DNA of 36,515 nucleotides from UHGV virus genome UHGV-0074145; one strand, 5' to 3'. A program made the position numbers and the translations under genes. The notes under the pieces were generated by a model. That model worked only from the letters and a program-made list of their open reading frames with translations, had not been told where the DNA came from and ran no database searches. Of the stretch, positions 17,703 through 26,484 are shown in pieces; position 1 is the stretch's first letter, and each line of letters opens with the position of its first letter. This DNA comes from a virus.

Positions 17703-17861
17703 TTACTTGTTTTTCTTGCCGGAATTTCCGCCGGTGCGGAGGTCTGTGCCGCGGATGACCTTGCTCTGCGGCTTGCGGTCATTCGCAAAAGGCGCTTTCA
17801 CCACCTGTGCGCCGCCGTTTTCGATTCTGCCCGCATACGTGGGCTTCTTCGTGTTGCTCAT
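17703..17861 (-). CDS. Small basic protein (52 aa), not in the ORF track
   Basis: AAAGGAG RBS; MSNTKKPTYAGRIENGGAQVVKAPF...GKKNK*; fills the portal-scaffold gap. Confidence 0.75.
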   Translation of the reverse strand: MSNTKKPTYAGRIENGGAQVVKAPFANDRKPQSKVIRGTDLRTGGNSGKKNK

Positions 17862-17891
17862 GCTGTATTCTCCTTTCTATTCGATTTTCTA

Positions 17892-19805
17892 TCAGATCAC
17901 GGGGCTGCCATCGCCGCCCACGACTGATGCATTGTCCACCTCCGGCATCATGCCGACCGCTGCCGCGCGCGCCTGCGCTGCGGCTGCTTCTTCCGCCTCG
18001 CGCTGCTTGGTCTCGAGGTAGCGGCGCGTCTGCCCGGCGAGCGGGTAGTGCAGTTCCTCGCGCATCTTCCAGAGATGGATCAGCGCGGCAGGGTCGCCCG
18101 GATTGCCGTATGCACCGGACTGGTAGTCGGCAAGCACCTGTTGCCACAGTTCCGTCCGGTCGCTCATCAGGCTGAGCGAGCTGTCGCATGCAAAGAGATA
18201 GTCGTCATCCCAGCACCATGCGCCGTCCGCGTCCCGCGTCAGAAACTCGTAGCGGCTCCATGTCTCGTACTGCTCGTTGCCCTCGTCGTCGCGGTAGAGC
18301 ACATCGTGCTCGTCGTCGTCATAGGCAAGCAGGTATTTGAAAATCAGCTCATAGATGCGCGCCCATGCGGCCGCTTTCATCATGCGCTTGGATGCAAGCC
18401 GCCCGGCAGCCTGCGCCGCCGAGGTCTGCTTGGCAATGCCGCTTTTCGCGGAGGAATCATAGCGCCCGAGATAGCTGTCCGTGATGCCGACCAGGTTCTT
18501 CGCTTCTTCATAAATCGCGTTTTTCATGGTCAGATGCTGCGAGATGTTTAGCTGCAAGTCCTGCAGGCGCACCATATCCGCCTTCGCCGGGTTTTCAAGG
18601 CGCACAACGTTCAGGCCGCCGTCCGCCTCGATCTCCGCCTCGTCCGGCAGGGAGAGCAGCGCACCGAATTTCTGCAAGCGCTTGAGAATTTCGCGTTCGC
18701 ACAGATTGATGCTTGTCTGCTGGTCCTCGATCAGATCCGCGTCGGACACACCGAGCAGCTGATTCGGCGCGGAAATCGACTTTTGCAGCACGATCGGCAG
18801 CATTTGCGGCTTGTAGTAGGGAATCTTTTCTGGCGTGCCGTCTGCATGGCGGGCCGGAATCACGCTGCCGTCCGGCAGCGCGATGTCGTAAAGCAGCGTC
18901 TCTTCCTCCGCCACTTCGTCGCGCCACCTGTTCCCGCCGCACGCGGGGCAGGTCTTTCCTTTCGCTTTCTTTCTTCCCGAAAACAAGGCGAAAAGCGGAT
19001 TCTCCGCGGCAGCTTCCCGGTTTTCTCCCTCGCCGTCCGGCGGTTCCGGCGCGCCGCAGTCCGCGCATACGCGCAGATGCCGCGCCTCAAAGTCCTCCAC
19101 ATCGTACAGAACGCGGTCACCGCACCATACAAACTTGCCGATGCCGCCGTCCGCGTTCCTGTAATAGCAGATGCGCACCGTGACAAAATCCTCGGCAGGT
19201 TCGCTTTCGCCGAAGGCGCTGCGTGCGGCGGGTTCGTCCTCGGCTTCCTCCGAGACGTCCGCGCCGTACATGCGTCTGACTGTTTCTTTCGATTGTCCCA
19301 GCTCCAGGAAGATATGATCCATCTCGTCGATGTCGTTCGCACCCGCCTGCGGGATCACATTCTGCACATGCCGGTAGGACAGCACCACACCGCCGTGCGT
19401 GTAGTGCGACTGCGCCGAGTTGTCCCATTCCGGCTGCCAGTAGCAGCCGCCCTGTAAGGGGACGCCGCGCTCGGCGAGGTCGATCATCTCAGGCGTCGCC
19501 AGCCGTGTGACGATGTCGTTTATGCGATGCTCGATCTTGCGTGCCTTCGCCTCGTTTCCGCGCTTTGTCGCCGTCACCTTCACCGGGTAGATAGATGCAT
19601 CCACCTGGCTTTCGATCAGCTCGGCGATGATGTTGTAGATATGCGGCGTCTCATCGGCGGCGTCAGCCGCATCCGAGACGACTGTCACATCACGCAGGCC
19701 GCGGTAGAGCGCTTCGCGGTGTACAAACAGCTCGCGTTCCTCGCTCTGTGCCGCCTTGTCGCGGGAAAATACGTTTTGCCAGTGATGCAGTCTTTCTTCG
19801 TTCAT
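17892..19805 (-). CDS. Portal protein (P22-like)
   Basis: 637 aa from MNEERL, ATGA-coupled to terL. NIIAELIESQV, LGVSDADLIEDQQ and SGIAKQ motifs. Confidence 0.8.
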   Translation of the reverse strand: MNEERLHHWQNVFSRDKAAQSEERELFVHREALYRGLRDVTVVSDAADAADETPHIYNIIAELIESQVDASIYPVKVTATKRGNEAKARKIEHRINDIVTRLATPEMIDLAERGVPLQGGCYWQPEWDNSAQSHYTHGGVVLSYRHVQNVIPQAGANDIDEMDHIFLELGQSKETVRRMYGADVSEEAEDEPAARSAFGESEPAEDFVTVRICYYRNADGGIGKFVWCGDRVLYDVEDFEARHLRVCADCGAPEPPDGEGENREAAAENPLFALFSGRKKAKGKTCPACGGNRWRDEVAEEETLLYDIALPDGSVIPARHADGTPEKIPYYKPQMLPIVLQKSISAPNQLLGVSDADLIEDQQTSINLCEREILKRLQKFGALLSLPDEAEIEADGGLNVVRLENPAKADMVRLQDLQLNISQHLTMKNAIYEEAKNLVGITDSYLGRYDSSAKSGIAKQTSAAQAAGRLASKRMMKAAAWARIYELIFKYLLAYDDDEHDVLYRDDEGNEQYETWSRYEFLTRDADGAWCWDDDYLFACDSSLSLMSDRTELWQQVLADYQSGAYGNPGDPAALIHLWKMREELHYPLAGQTRRYLETKQREAEEAAAAQARAAAVGMMPEVDNASVVGGDGSPVI

Positions 19806-21289
19806 CTGCGTTTCCTTTCGGGCTTCGGTTTGCCCCATTTTTGTATCAGCTCCGCCTTGATGTCGCTCCGTGCCGCGCGGTAGTCCTCCCACATGGAGTG
19901 CGTCCACTCGACAAGCGCGGTCTCGTCCTCGCGCGATTGCTGCTCCCGCGCGTGGTAGGCGATCGCCAGCGACAGCACCAGGTCGTCGTGCGCGCCAACT
20001 GCCGCCTCCGGGCGCAGCTTGTCGTTGCGGATAAAGGTCAGGAACTCCTCCAGCGTGTCGGTGTCGTTCACAAGCGTCGGATTCTCCGAGAAAATGCGCA
20101 AGAGATCGCCGAGGATCACCGGGCGCGTGATTTTTGTCGTTACAAAGCCGTAGGCTTTTTTGTAGCTGCCGCTGTAGCTGTCAAAGCTCTCGCGGATGTA
20201 CTGATGTCTGTAGCCGATGCGGTCCAGTTCGTGGACCGTGTAGGTCGAAAAATTGCACTCCACGGCAACAAGCGCGTCATTGTACATGCGACCGAGCGCG
20301 GCAAGCTGCCCGGGGAATGCCGTTTCGTCCATTCGCCCGTGCAGCACGGCAACCTGCTCGCCCGTCACATTGTCGATGACATGCGCCGCGAAGAAGTCAC
20401 TGCCCTCTCCGGCCGTGTCCGCGCCGCAAACATACGGGCGTCCCGCGCGCGGCTCTGCATAGATTTTGATAAAACCGTCTGCCGCACAGCAGAATCTGCC
20501 GCCCTCGAAGAGACCGATGCGCAGCGGCTTCGGCGCAGCGTCCTGTCTGGCAATCACCTTGTCGGTCGGGAAGATGCTCCTGTAGGTCGAGCCCCAGTGC
20601 CCGAGGCAGTAAACATCATAATAATACGGGTCTGTTTCCCTGAATTGTTCCAGCGTCAGGATGTCCTCGGCGTCCAGATAGCGGTTGTCCTTATAGTTGC
20701 TCTCGTGTACGCGGCAGCGCGCATCCGGCGCATCGAAGAATCGCTTTTTCAGCCAGTGCGTGACCGAAACCGGGTTAAAGGTCAGGATCATCTGCCGGTA
20801 GTGCGGCGACTTGCCGCGCATACGGATGTCCAGCTGTCCGAAGTCGCTCTCGCTGATTTCGGTTGCTTCCTCGATCCAGATGTCCGTGATCTCGTAGATG
20901 GATTTCAGGCGCGAAACATCGTTCAGCCCCACGCAGTAGATCACGCTGCCGGAGGGGAAGCGAATGTCAAAGTTCGTGCGGTTCGCCTCGATCGGCATGC
21001 CCGGATAGTATTGCGCCGCCAGCGCGAGCAGCTGCTCGAAAATGCTCTTGCGGATGTCCTCTTTGACCTTGCGGCAACAGAGAAAGCGGTGTCCGCCCTC
21101 GCGCACGCAGCGATCCAGGACCTTATGCGCCGCAAAGTTGCTTTTGCCGCTGCCCGCGCCGCCCTTGAGCACAAGATAGCGGTGTCGGTCGTTGTATAGC
21201 GACAGAAACGCCGTGTTGGAGGTGTCGCGCAGGGACTTGTACCAGACAAGCGCGTCGTCAAGTGCCGCTGTCCGCGTCGATAAAGCCAT
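19802..21289 (-). CDS. terL: Terminase large subunit (PBSX-like)
   Basis: Walker A GGAGSGKS, Walker B IWIEEA, LTFNP, nuclease motifs GADTAGEG and HDDLV. Confidence 0.95.
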   Translation of the reverse strand: MALSTRTAALDDALVWYKSLRDTSNTAFLSLYNDRHRYLVLKGGAGSGKSNFAAHKVLDRCVREGGHRFLCCRKVKEDIRKSIFEQLLALAAQYYPGMPIEANRTNFDIRFPSGSVIYCVGLNDVSRLKSIYEITDIWIEEATEISESDFGQLDIRMRGKSPHYRQMILTFNPVSVTHWLKKRFFDAPDARCRVHESNYKDNRYLDAEDILTLEQFRETDPYYYDVYCLGHWGSTYRSIFPTDKVIARQDAAPKPLRIGLFEGGRFCCAADGFIKIYAEPRAGRPYVCGADTAGEGSDFFAAHVIDNVTGEQVAVLHGRMDETAFPGQLAALGRMYNDALVAVECNFSTYTVHELDRIGYRHQYIRESFDSYSGSYKKAYGFVTTKITRPVILGDLLRIFSENPTLVNDTDTLEEFLTFIRNDKLRPEAAVGAHDDLVLSLAIAYHAREQQSREDETALVEWTHSMWEDYRAARSDIKAELIQKWGKPKPERKRR

Positions 21290-21761
21290 TTTCGATCATT
21301 TCGCGCAGCAGCTCGGCGCGCTCCGCGTTGGTCATCGGAACGGCCTGTGCCGCCTCGTCCTTCTGCGCCGCCGCCGTCAGGGTCTCCAGCGAGAGCTGCA
21401 CCCCCTTGATGTTCCGTGCCTCCGGATCGCTGATGCGCTCCTCGAGGTAGGTCGTGATGACAGCGCGTGCGGCTGCCGCAGCATCGGCAAACCTCGCGCT
21501 TTTTGCAAGCGCGGAGAATGTATGGCGGGAAATTCCGAGATGCGCACACAGCCCGCCAACAGTCGGCGGCGTGAACCATTCGAGCTTGGTCATCGGGCAT
21601 CCGCTTCGCGCCGTGACCGGGACCGTGCGCTTGATCCACTTTCCGTCCGCGCCCTTTTCCCATTCTTCGCGCTCGACCGGCACCACCGCGCTGATAGACT
21701 TAAAATAGTCATCGCACAGCGCAGCAAACTCTGCAGCGCTTCGGAATTTCCTTTCTTTCAA
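21258..21761 (-). CDS. terS: Terminase small subunit
   Basis: DDYF..PPTVGGLCAHLGISR HTH pattern, directly upstream of terL, TTG start. Confidence 0.85.
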   Translation of the reverse strand: MKERKFRSAAEFAALCDDYFKSISAVVPVEREEWEKGADGKWIKRTVPVTARSGCPMTKLEWFTPPTVGGLCAHLGISRHTFSALAKSARFADAAAAARAVITTYLEERISDPEARNIKGVQLSLETLTAAAQKDEAAQAVPMTNAERAELLREMIENGFIDADSGT

Positions 21762-21808
21762 TTTTCCCGCCCCTCTCCCGTGACCGCTCTGTCACCTCGT
21801 CTATATCC

Positions 21809-21845
21809 ACTATAGCACAAATTTCTTTCAGTTATCGCACACTTT
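21809..21845 (-). promoter_or_regulatory. Putative late promoter
   Basis: Extended -10 TGCTATAGT (21809-21817) without a canonical -35, between the activator gene and terS. Confidence 0.55.
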
Positions 21846-21855
21846 CGGGACGCCG

Positions 21856-21891
21856 AAAAAGCCCGTAAACACAAGGCTTCCGGGCTTTTTT
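21856..21891. terminator. Terminator-like inverted repeat after the late activator
   Basis: AAAAAGCCCG-15 nt-CGGGCTTTTT. Confidence 0.6.
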
Positions 21892-21909
21892 CGTGGAAAA
21901 ATGTGAAAC

Positions 21910-22197
21910 TTATTTTTTACAGTTCCACGCCTCATAAAACGCACGGCGCAGATCGTAGAGCAGCCGCTCCGAGTAATAATGCTCCAGCGCGATGCGGCGG
22001 ATCGACTTGCCGCTCGTCACCACTGCAAACAGCGCACGGTATTTCTGCCGATCGCCGTGCGTCACCGTGTAGCACAGCCGTTCGATCTTTTCCTGCACCG
22101 CCGGCGGCTGTGCATCATAGCGGCGGCAGGTGCGGTAGATCATCTGCTGCTTGGCATAGCCCATCTTCAGGCTGCGCATCTTCTTCTGCGTCGTCAT
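21910..22197 (-). CDS. Late transcriptional activator (ArpU/RinA-like)
   Basis: C-terminal HTH (KSIRRIALEHYYSERLLYDLRRAF), last early gene before terS. Confidence 0.65.
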   Translation of the reverse strand: MTTQKKMRSLKMGYAKQQMIYRTCRRYDAQPPAVQEKIERLCYTVTHGDRQKYRALFAVVTSGKSIRRIALEHYYSERLLYDLRRAFYEAWNCKK

Positions 22198-23042
22198 CTT
22201 CTGCCTCCCGTGATGTTACCCGTGATGTTATAGGTCATGGCTTTGCGGCACAAAAAGACCGTCACAAACGTGCCGGACATCGGCGGCGCGCCCGGGTCGG
22301 CCGCGTCGAAGCTGTCGATCTGCGTCTTGTAAATATCGTAGTCCGGGTAGCGGTCGGCAAGCTCCGTGAGGTCGCCCGTCTCGACGATGCGATCTACCGC
22401 CGCGCGTGAGATCGCGCCGATGCTTTCGTGCACCTGCGGCTCGACCAGGTTACGGCTGCGGCTGTACTGCTTGTCCGTCTCCTTCTGCTTGTCGTAGATG
22501 ATGTACTTTGACAAGCCCGTCAGCCCGCCGTCCTCGTAGTCGCCGTCCTTGCCGCAGGCAAATTCCAGCGGCGTCGCGTAAACATAGCTTTTGCCCGGCA
22601 GCCCGCCGTTGTTCCACATGCGGCGGAAGAAGTAGGGATTGTCGGTCAGCGCCGGGCAGGCGTTGACAACAAGGTGATGATGCGCACGGCCGCCGTGCTT
22701 GCCGCGCTCGGTGCAGTATATGTATTTCAGCTCCACGCCCGCCCGCTTGTACGCGCGCTTCAGGCGGCGCAGAAAGCGTCGGATGCAGCCCTGCGCCGCC
22801 TCAATGTCCGGGCTTTCGCCGTCGTAGGAGAGGCGGCATGCAAAGTCAAGGTCGGTGAAGTTCGCATGCAGCAGATCCCGCAGATGCAGCTCGCGTCGCT
22901 TTTGATTGTATTTTTCCTGTGCCGCCGAGGACGGACGGAATTGCTTTGTCCGTCTGCCGCGATGGTAGTTCCGCACCGGGAACCAATGTACGCGCATATA
23001 GTCCCCCGCAGCGATCTCCACCTGCTTGATTCTTGTCGCCAT
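22194..23042 (-). CDS. HUH endonuclease, rolling-circle replication-associated protein (ORF2/G2P-like)
   Basis: 282 aa from MATRIK (GGAGGT RBS). Motif I CRLSY, HUH RAHHHLVVN, motif III LSKYI, SRNL. Confidence 0.8.
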   Translation of the reverse strand: MATRIKQVEIAAGDYMRVHWFPVRNYHRGRRTKQFRPSSAAQEKYNQKRRELHLRDLLHANFTDLDFACRLSYDGESPDIEAAQGCIRRFLRRLKRAYKRAGVELKYIYCTERGKHGGRAHHHLVVNACPALTDNPYFFRRMWNNGGLPGKSYVYATPLEFACGKDGDYEDGGLTGLSKYIIYDKQKETDKQYSRSRNLVEPQVHESIGAISRAAVDRIVETGDLTELADRYPDYDIYKTQIDSFDAADPGAPPMSGTFVTVFLCRKAMTYNITGNITGGRR

Positions 23043-23342
23043 GTTTACCTCCTGCAAAATTGATCTCAAAAGAGGGCGTCCGCGCCCTCTCTGCCGGTGC
23101 TGGAAAATCAGAGATTTCCCACACCGGCATTCACGCCCCGCCCGGCTTGCGCCGGGATATATTTTTTTGAGTGAGAGAAAAAGAAAATGTCTGTCTCTCA
23201 CTCTCGCCCATTCCTCACGCGCGTACCCGCGCCCGCGATACGCGCCTGTCGGTTTCCTTCTATATGTAAATGGTCATAAACTTAACATAACATGCAGGGA
23301 TTCAAAGCGGCATCCGCCGCTTTGTTTTTTCAAATGTCCTGT

Positions 23343-23386
23343 TCGGCGTCCGGAGAATCGAACTCCGGCAAAAGCCACAACGCCGA
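23343..23386 (-). ncRNA. Mini tRNA-like element (acceptor stem plus T-arm)
   Basis: TCGGCGT-11 nt-CCGGAG-TTCGATT-CTCCGG-ACGCCGA. Confidence 0.55.
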
Positions 23387-23410
23387 TATGGGGCGAAACG
23401 CCCCGTGATA

Positions 23411-23833
23411 TTATTCTGCTTTGTCCGCCGTCGCCGCCGCGAGGAAGGCTTCCATCTCCTCGTACTGCACGACGACATTCTTCGCATTGCCGTAAGCGCT
23501 TTTCAGTTCTGCCAGCGTGTCCCTCACAATCTCGATTACCGCCTCCGGCACATGCACATTTTCGGCTTTTTCGGGCACCCGGCACGGTTCACCGTCCGGG
23601 GCGGACTGCTCACATACCTCTGCCGTCTCGGTTGGCTCTGTTTTCACCGCCTTCTTCCCGTGCCGCTGATACTGCCCGTAGGTCATCTTGTTGATCTCGC
23701 CCGCATTGTACAGGATCTTCGCGATCTCGTCCTTGCCGACGGCATTCAGATCCGCCAATATGCCGATCTGCTTCTTCGGCTCCTTTGCCTCCTTGTAGGA
23801 TCGCACGATCTCTCCGTAACTCATCTGCATCAC
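23411..23833 (-). CDS. Hypothetical phage protein
   Basis: 140 aa, QIGILADLNA motif, coupled to the upstream gene. Confidence 0.8.
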   Translation of the reverse strand: MMQMSYGEIVRSYKEAKEPKKQIGILADLNAVGKDEIAKILYNAGEINKMTYGQYQRHGKKAVKTEPTETAEVCEQSAPDGEPCRVPEKAENVHVPEAVIEIVRDTLAELKSAYGNAKNVVVQYEEMEAFLAAATADKAE

Positions 23834-24816
23834 ATGTCACCCCCGATCGCATTGCTCATCGCATCCAGCACACGGTGCAGACCCACACGGATCTTCGCAG
23901 CCTCGCCCTCGTCCGCATCGTCCAGCAGCGCAAAGATCCGGTTGAAGGTCTCCTGCAGCTGCTCAAAATAGATTGCAAACTTCTGCACAACCGGCGCGGC
24001 GCTGGTGCGCAGCTTGTCCTCAAGCGCCGCAGCGCGTTCCTCGGCAGCACGAAGCGCTTCCGAATATGCCTTTTCCGCCTCGGCCTTGCCGGATGCCGCC
24101 GCGTTGTCCATTTCCGCCTTCAGCTTGTCCGCCCGTGTCTTTGCCTTCTCGGCATCGGATTTCGCTCTGGCAAGCGCGTCCGCGCTCTCGCGGCGCGCCG
24201 CCTCGACCGCCGTGATACGCGCATTGTCCGCGTCGGTGCGGCGGATATATTCGTTCATGTCCACCTGTGCGGGCGCAGCCGCCGCTGCCTGTATCTTTCC
24301 GATCTCGCCGCGCAGGGCTTCGATCTCGGCTTCCAGCGCGGATTTCTCGTCGGAGGCTGCCGCCAGCTCGGCGTCCAGCGCCTCCGCCCTGGTTTCCGCC
24401 GCCCGGCGCGCCTCCACCTCGCGCTCCAGCTCGCGCGTGGACATCGCCGCCACATCCTTTTCGGCGGCAAGCTCCATGCGCTCCGGCATCGGCAGCCCCA
24501 TCAACGCCACCGCCTGTGTGTAGCTGATCTCGGCAAAGACCTCTGCCGGCGCTTTGCCGGTCAGCAGGTTGATCTGCTGACTGCCGTATTCCCTGTAAAT
24601 ACGCATCAGATTGTTCGCCGTGGACTGCGAATAGTCCACATTTTCGCAAAGCCACTTTTCCCACTCGCCGTGGCCGACCAGCTCCTTTGCCTCGCAGAGC
24701 CGGGCGCCGATCTCCATCGACGCCGCCAGCATCTGCCGTTTGGTCTGTTCCTTGATAAAGTTGATCTCCCGCGCGATCACACCCGCGTCGCGCATCACGA
24801 TGCCGTTTTCAGACAT
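23830..24816 (-). CDS. DUF3102-like protein with coiled coil
   Basis: EIGARLCEAKELVGHGEWEKWL..YSQSTANNLMRIY motif. Confidence 0.85.
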   Translation of the reverse strand: MSENGIVMRDAGVIAREINFIKEQTKRQMLAASMEIGARLCEAKELVGHGEWEKWLCENVDYSQSTANNLMRIYREYGSQQINLLTGKAPAEVFAEISYTQAVALMGLPMPERMELAAEKDVAAMSTRELEREVEARRAAETRAEALDAELAAASDEKSALEAEIEALRGEIGKIQAAAAAPAQVDMNEYIRRTDADNARITAVEAARRESADALARAKSDAEKAKTRADKLKAEMDNAAASGKAEAEKAYSEALRAAEERAAALEDKLRTSAAPVVQKFAIYFEQLQETFNRIFALLDDADEGEAAKIRVGLHRVLDAMSNAIGGDM

Positions 24817-26477
24817 GGTCTTTTCTCCTTGTATTTCAGTTTGTCAAAGCTGCCGCGCAGACGCAGACGCAGATCTTTCGCGACGTGCATCTGCCACAGC
24901 CTGTAGCAGGCGGCAACGCGCCCGTCGTTCTGCGGCTTGATGCGGTTATGTGCGCCGTAAGCCTGGCGAACTTCTGCACCGTCGATCTCGATCGTGTACA
25001 GGCTCTTGTCCGGCGTATCCGCGCGACGCAGGAACACAATGTTCGTCTTGCCATCCATGTGCCGCCCGGCGTAGCCGCCCACGCAGTGCCCGAGTGCCTT
25101 GCCTTCCTCCACAATCTCGCGCGCCGCCAGCGGAAAGCGGAAGACATAACCGCCGATACGCCACTCGTACCTTTTCGCCCGCGTTTTCAGCTTTCTCTGT
25201 TGCGCCTTTGTCAGTTTGCGAAAATCCGCCAGCGACAACCCGCGAATCGCCGCATCGTGTGCCCCGTGAAAGTCCTTCGGCAGCGCCACATTGTGCACGG
25301 TCAGATCGTAGCCCATCTGCCGCGCGCCGCCGATATAGTCCAGCCAGTCGGACAGCGTGATCTTTTTCTTTTCGACATAGTTCCGTGCCTGCACAAGCGA
25401 CAGACCGCAGCTTTGCAGCGCACGGACAAGCTTCTCTGCGCGGTCGCCGGCGGCGCGAAAGGCAGCATCGAGCGTCTGCATGTCAAACGTGCCCTTGCAG
25501 TCGCGGTACAGCTTGAGCAAATCGCGCGACCCGCCCTCCGCAAGGTAGGCTTTTGCCGTCTGCCGGTCCAGCCGCAGAAAGCCGTCCACCGTCTTTGCGT
25601 TCCAGTCCAGCAGCCGTGCATTCTTGCGGTTTTCGTTCACAAGATCGTTCACCGCCCAGTGCAGCCCCAGCTTCTGCACCATCTCCGTCTGCGGATATTC
25701 CGCAAACCGGCAGAGGTATTTCAGCGGATAGTACCCCCGGCAATCGCTGTAGCCGTAGCCTACATACACAGTCTTTTCTTCGCAGTTATCATAGTAGGTC
25801 TGCCCCTGATGATACCGCATAAAACTCTTTTCCAGCCGCGCTGCGCCGCAGATGCCGCCGAGCGGCTTGTTTGCCGGCTCGTCAAGCGGCGTCTTCGCCC
25901 GGACGAACCTTGCGCGCGCGCCGTACCAGTTCTCCCGATTCTTTTCGCACACCCACTCGCCCGGCCGCAGGCGGTATCGGTACTTTTCACTGCCGAAGAT
26001 CGGGTAGAAGTCGCCCTCCGGCTCGTCCGCGCCGTATCGCACCGCCGTGTCAAACACGCGGATATAGATAAGATCCGCGGCGGCAACATGGATGTAGGCG
26101 ATCATCCGATCTTCAAACAGGCTGTTGTAGGACCGCATCCGAAAATCTTCCTTTACCGTTGCCATGCGCCCACACTGCGGGCATTCGGCGTCCGCGTTGT
26201 GCCACTTTGCAAGCATGCCGCCGTTTGCAGTCTTCACTGCGGCGGTCATTTCGCCCTCGTCCAGAAATGCGCCGCAGCACGAGCACCAGCCCACGCGTGC
26301 CGCGCGCACCTCGCGCGACGGCTTTGTGAAGATGTACGCACGGAAGAACCGCTTCACATCCTCCATCAGCTCGCCGTCTGTAAACGGATAGCTGCTTCGT
26401 TCGTCCTCGGGGTTTATGTAGAACGGCTCGTCGTCCGAAAGCTCGCCGTCCCGCACCTCAAAAAGTTCGTCTGCCAT
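24795..26477 (-). CDS. PcfJ-like protein
   Basis: 560 aa from MADELF. N-terminal Zn ribbon; C-terminal DY..PKDFHGAHD..EGKALGHCVGGY..FLR..YTIEI. Confidence 0.85.
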   Translation of the reverse strand: MADELFEVRDGELSDDEPFYINPEDERSSYPFTDGELMEDVKRFFRAYIFTKPSREVRAARVGWCSCCGAFLDEGEMTAAVKTANGGMLAKWHNADAECPQCGRMATVKEDFRMRSYNSLFEDRMIAYIHVAAADLIYIRVFDTAVRYGADEPEGDFYPIFGSEKYRYRLRPGEWVCEKNRENWYGARARFVRAKTPLDEPANKPLGGICGAARLEKSFMRYHQGQTYYDNCEEKTVYVGYGYSDCRGYYPLKYLCRFAEYPQTEMVQKLGLHWAVNDLVNENRKNARLLDWNAKTVDGFLRLDRQTAKAYLAEGGSRDLLKLYRDCKGTFDMQTLDAAFRAAGDRAEKLVRALQSCGLSLVQARNYVEKKKITLSDWLDYIGGARQMGYDLTVHNVALPKDFHGAHDAAIRGLSLADFRKLTKAQQRKLKTRAKRYEWRIGGYVFRFPLAAREIVEEGKALGHCVGGYAGRHMDGKTNIVFLRRADTPDKSLYTIEIDGAEVRQAYGAHNRIKPQNDGRVAACYRLWQMHVAKDLRLRLRGSFDKLKYKEKRPCLKTAS

Positions 26478-26484
26478 GGCCGCC

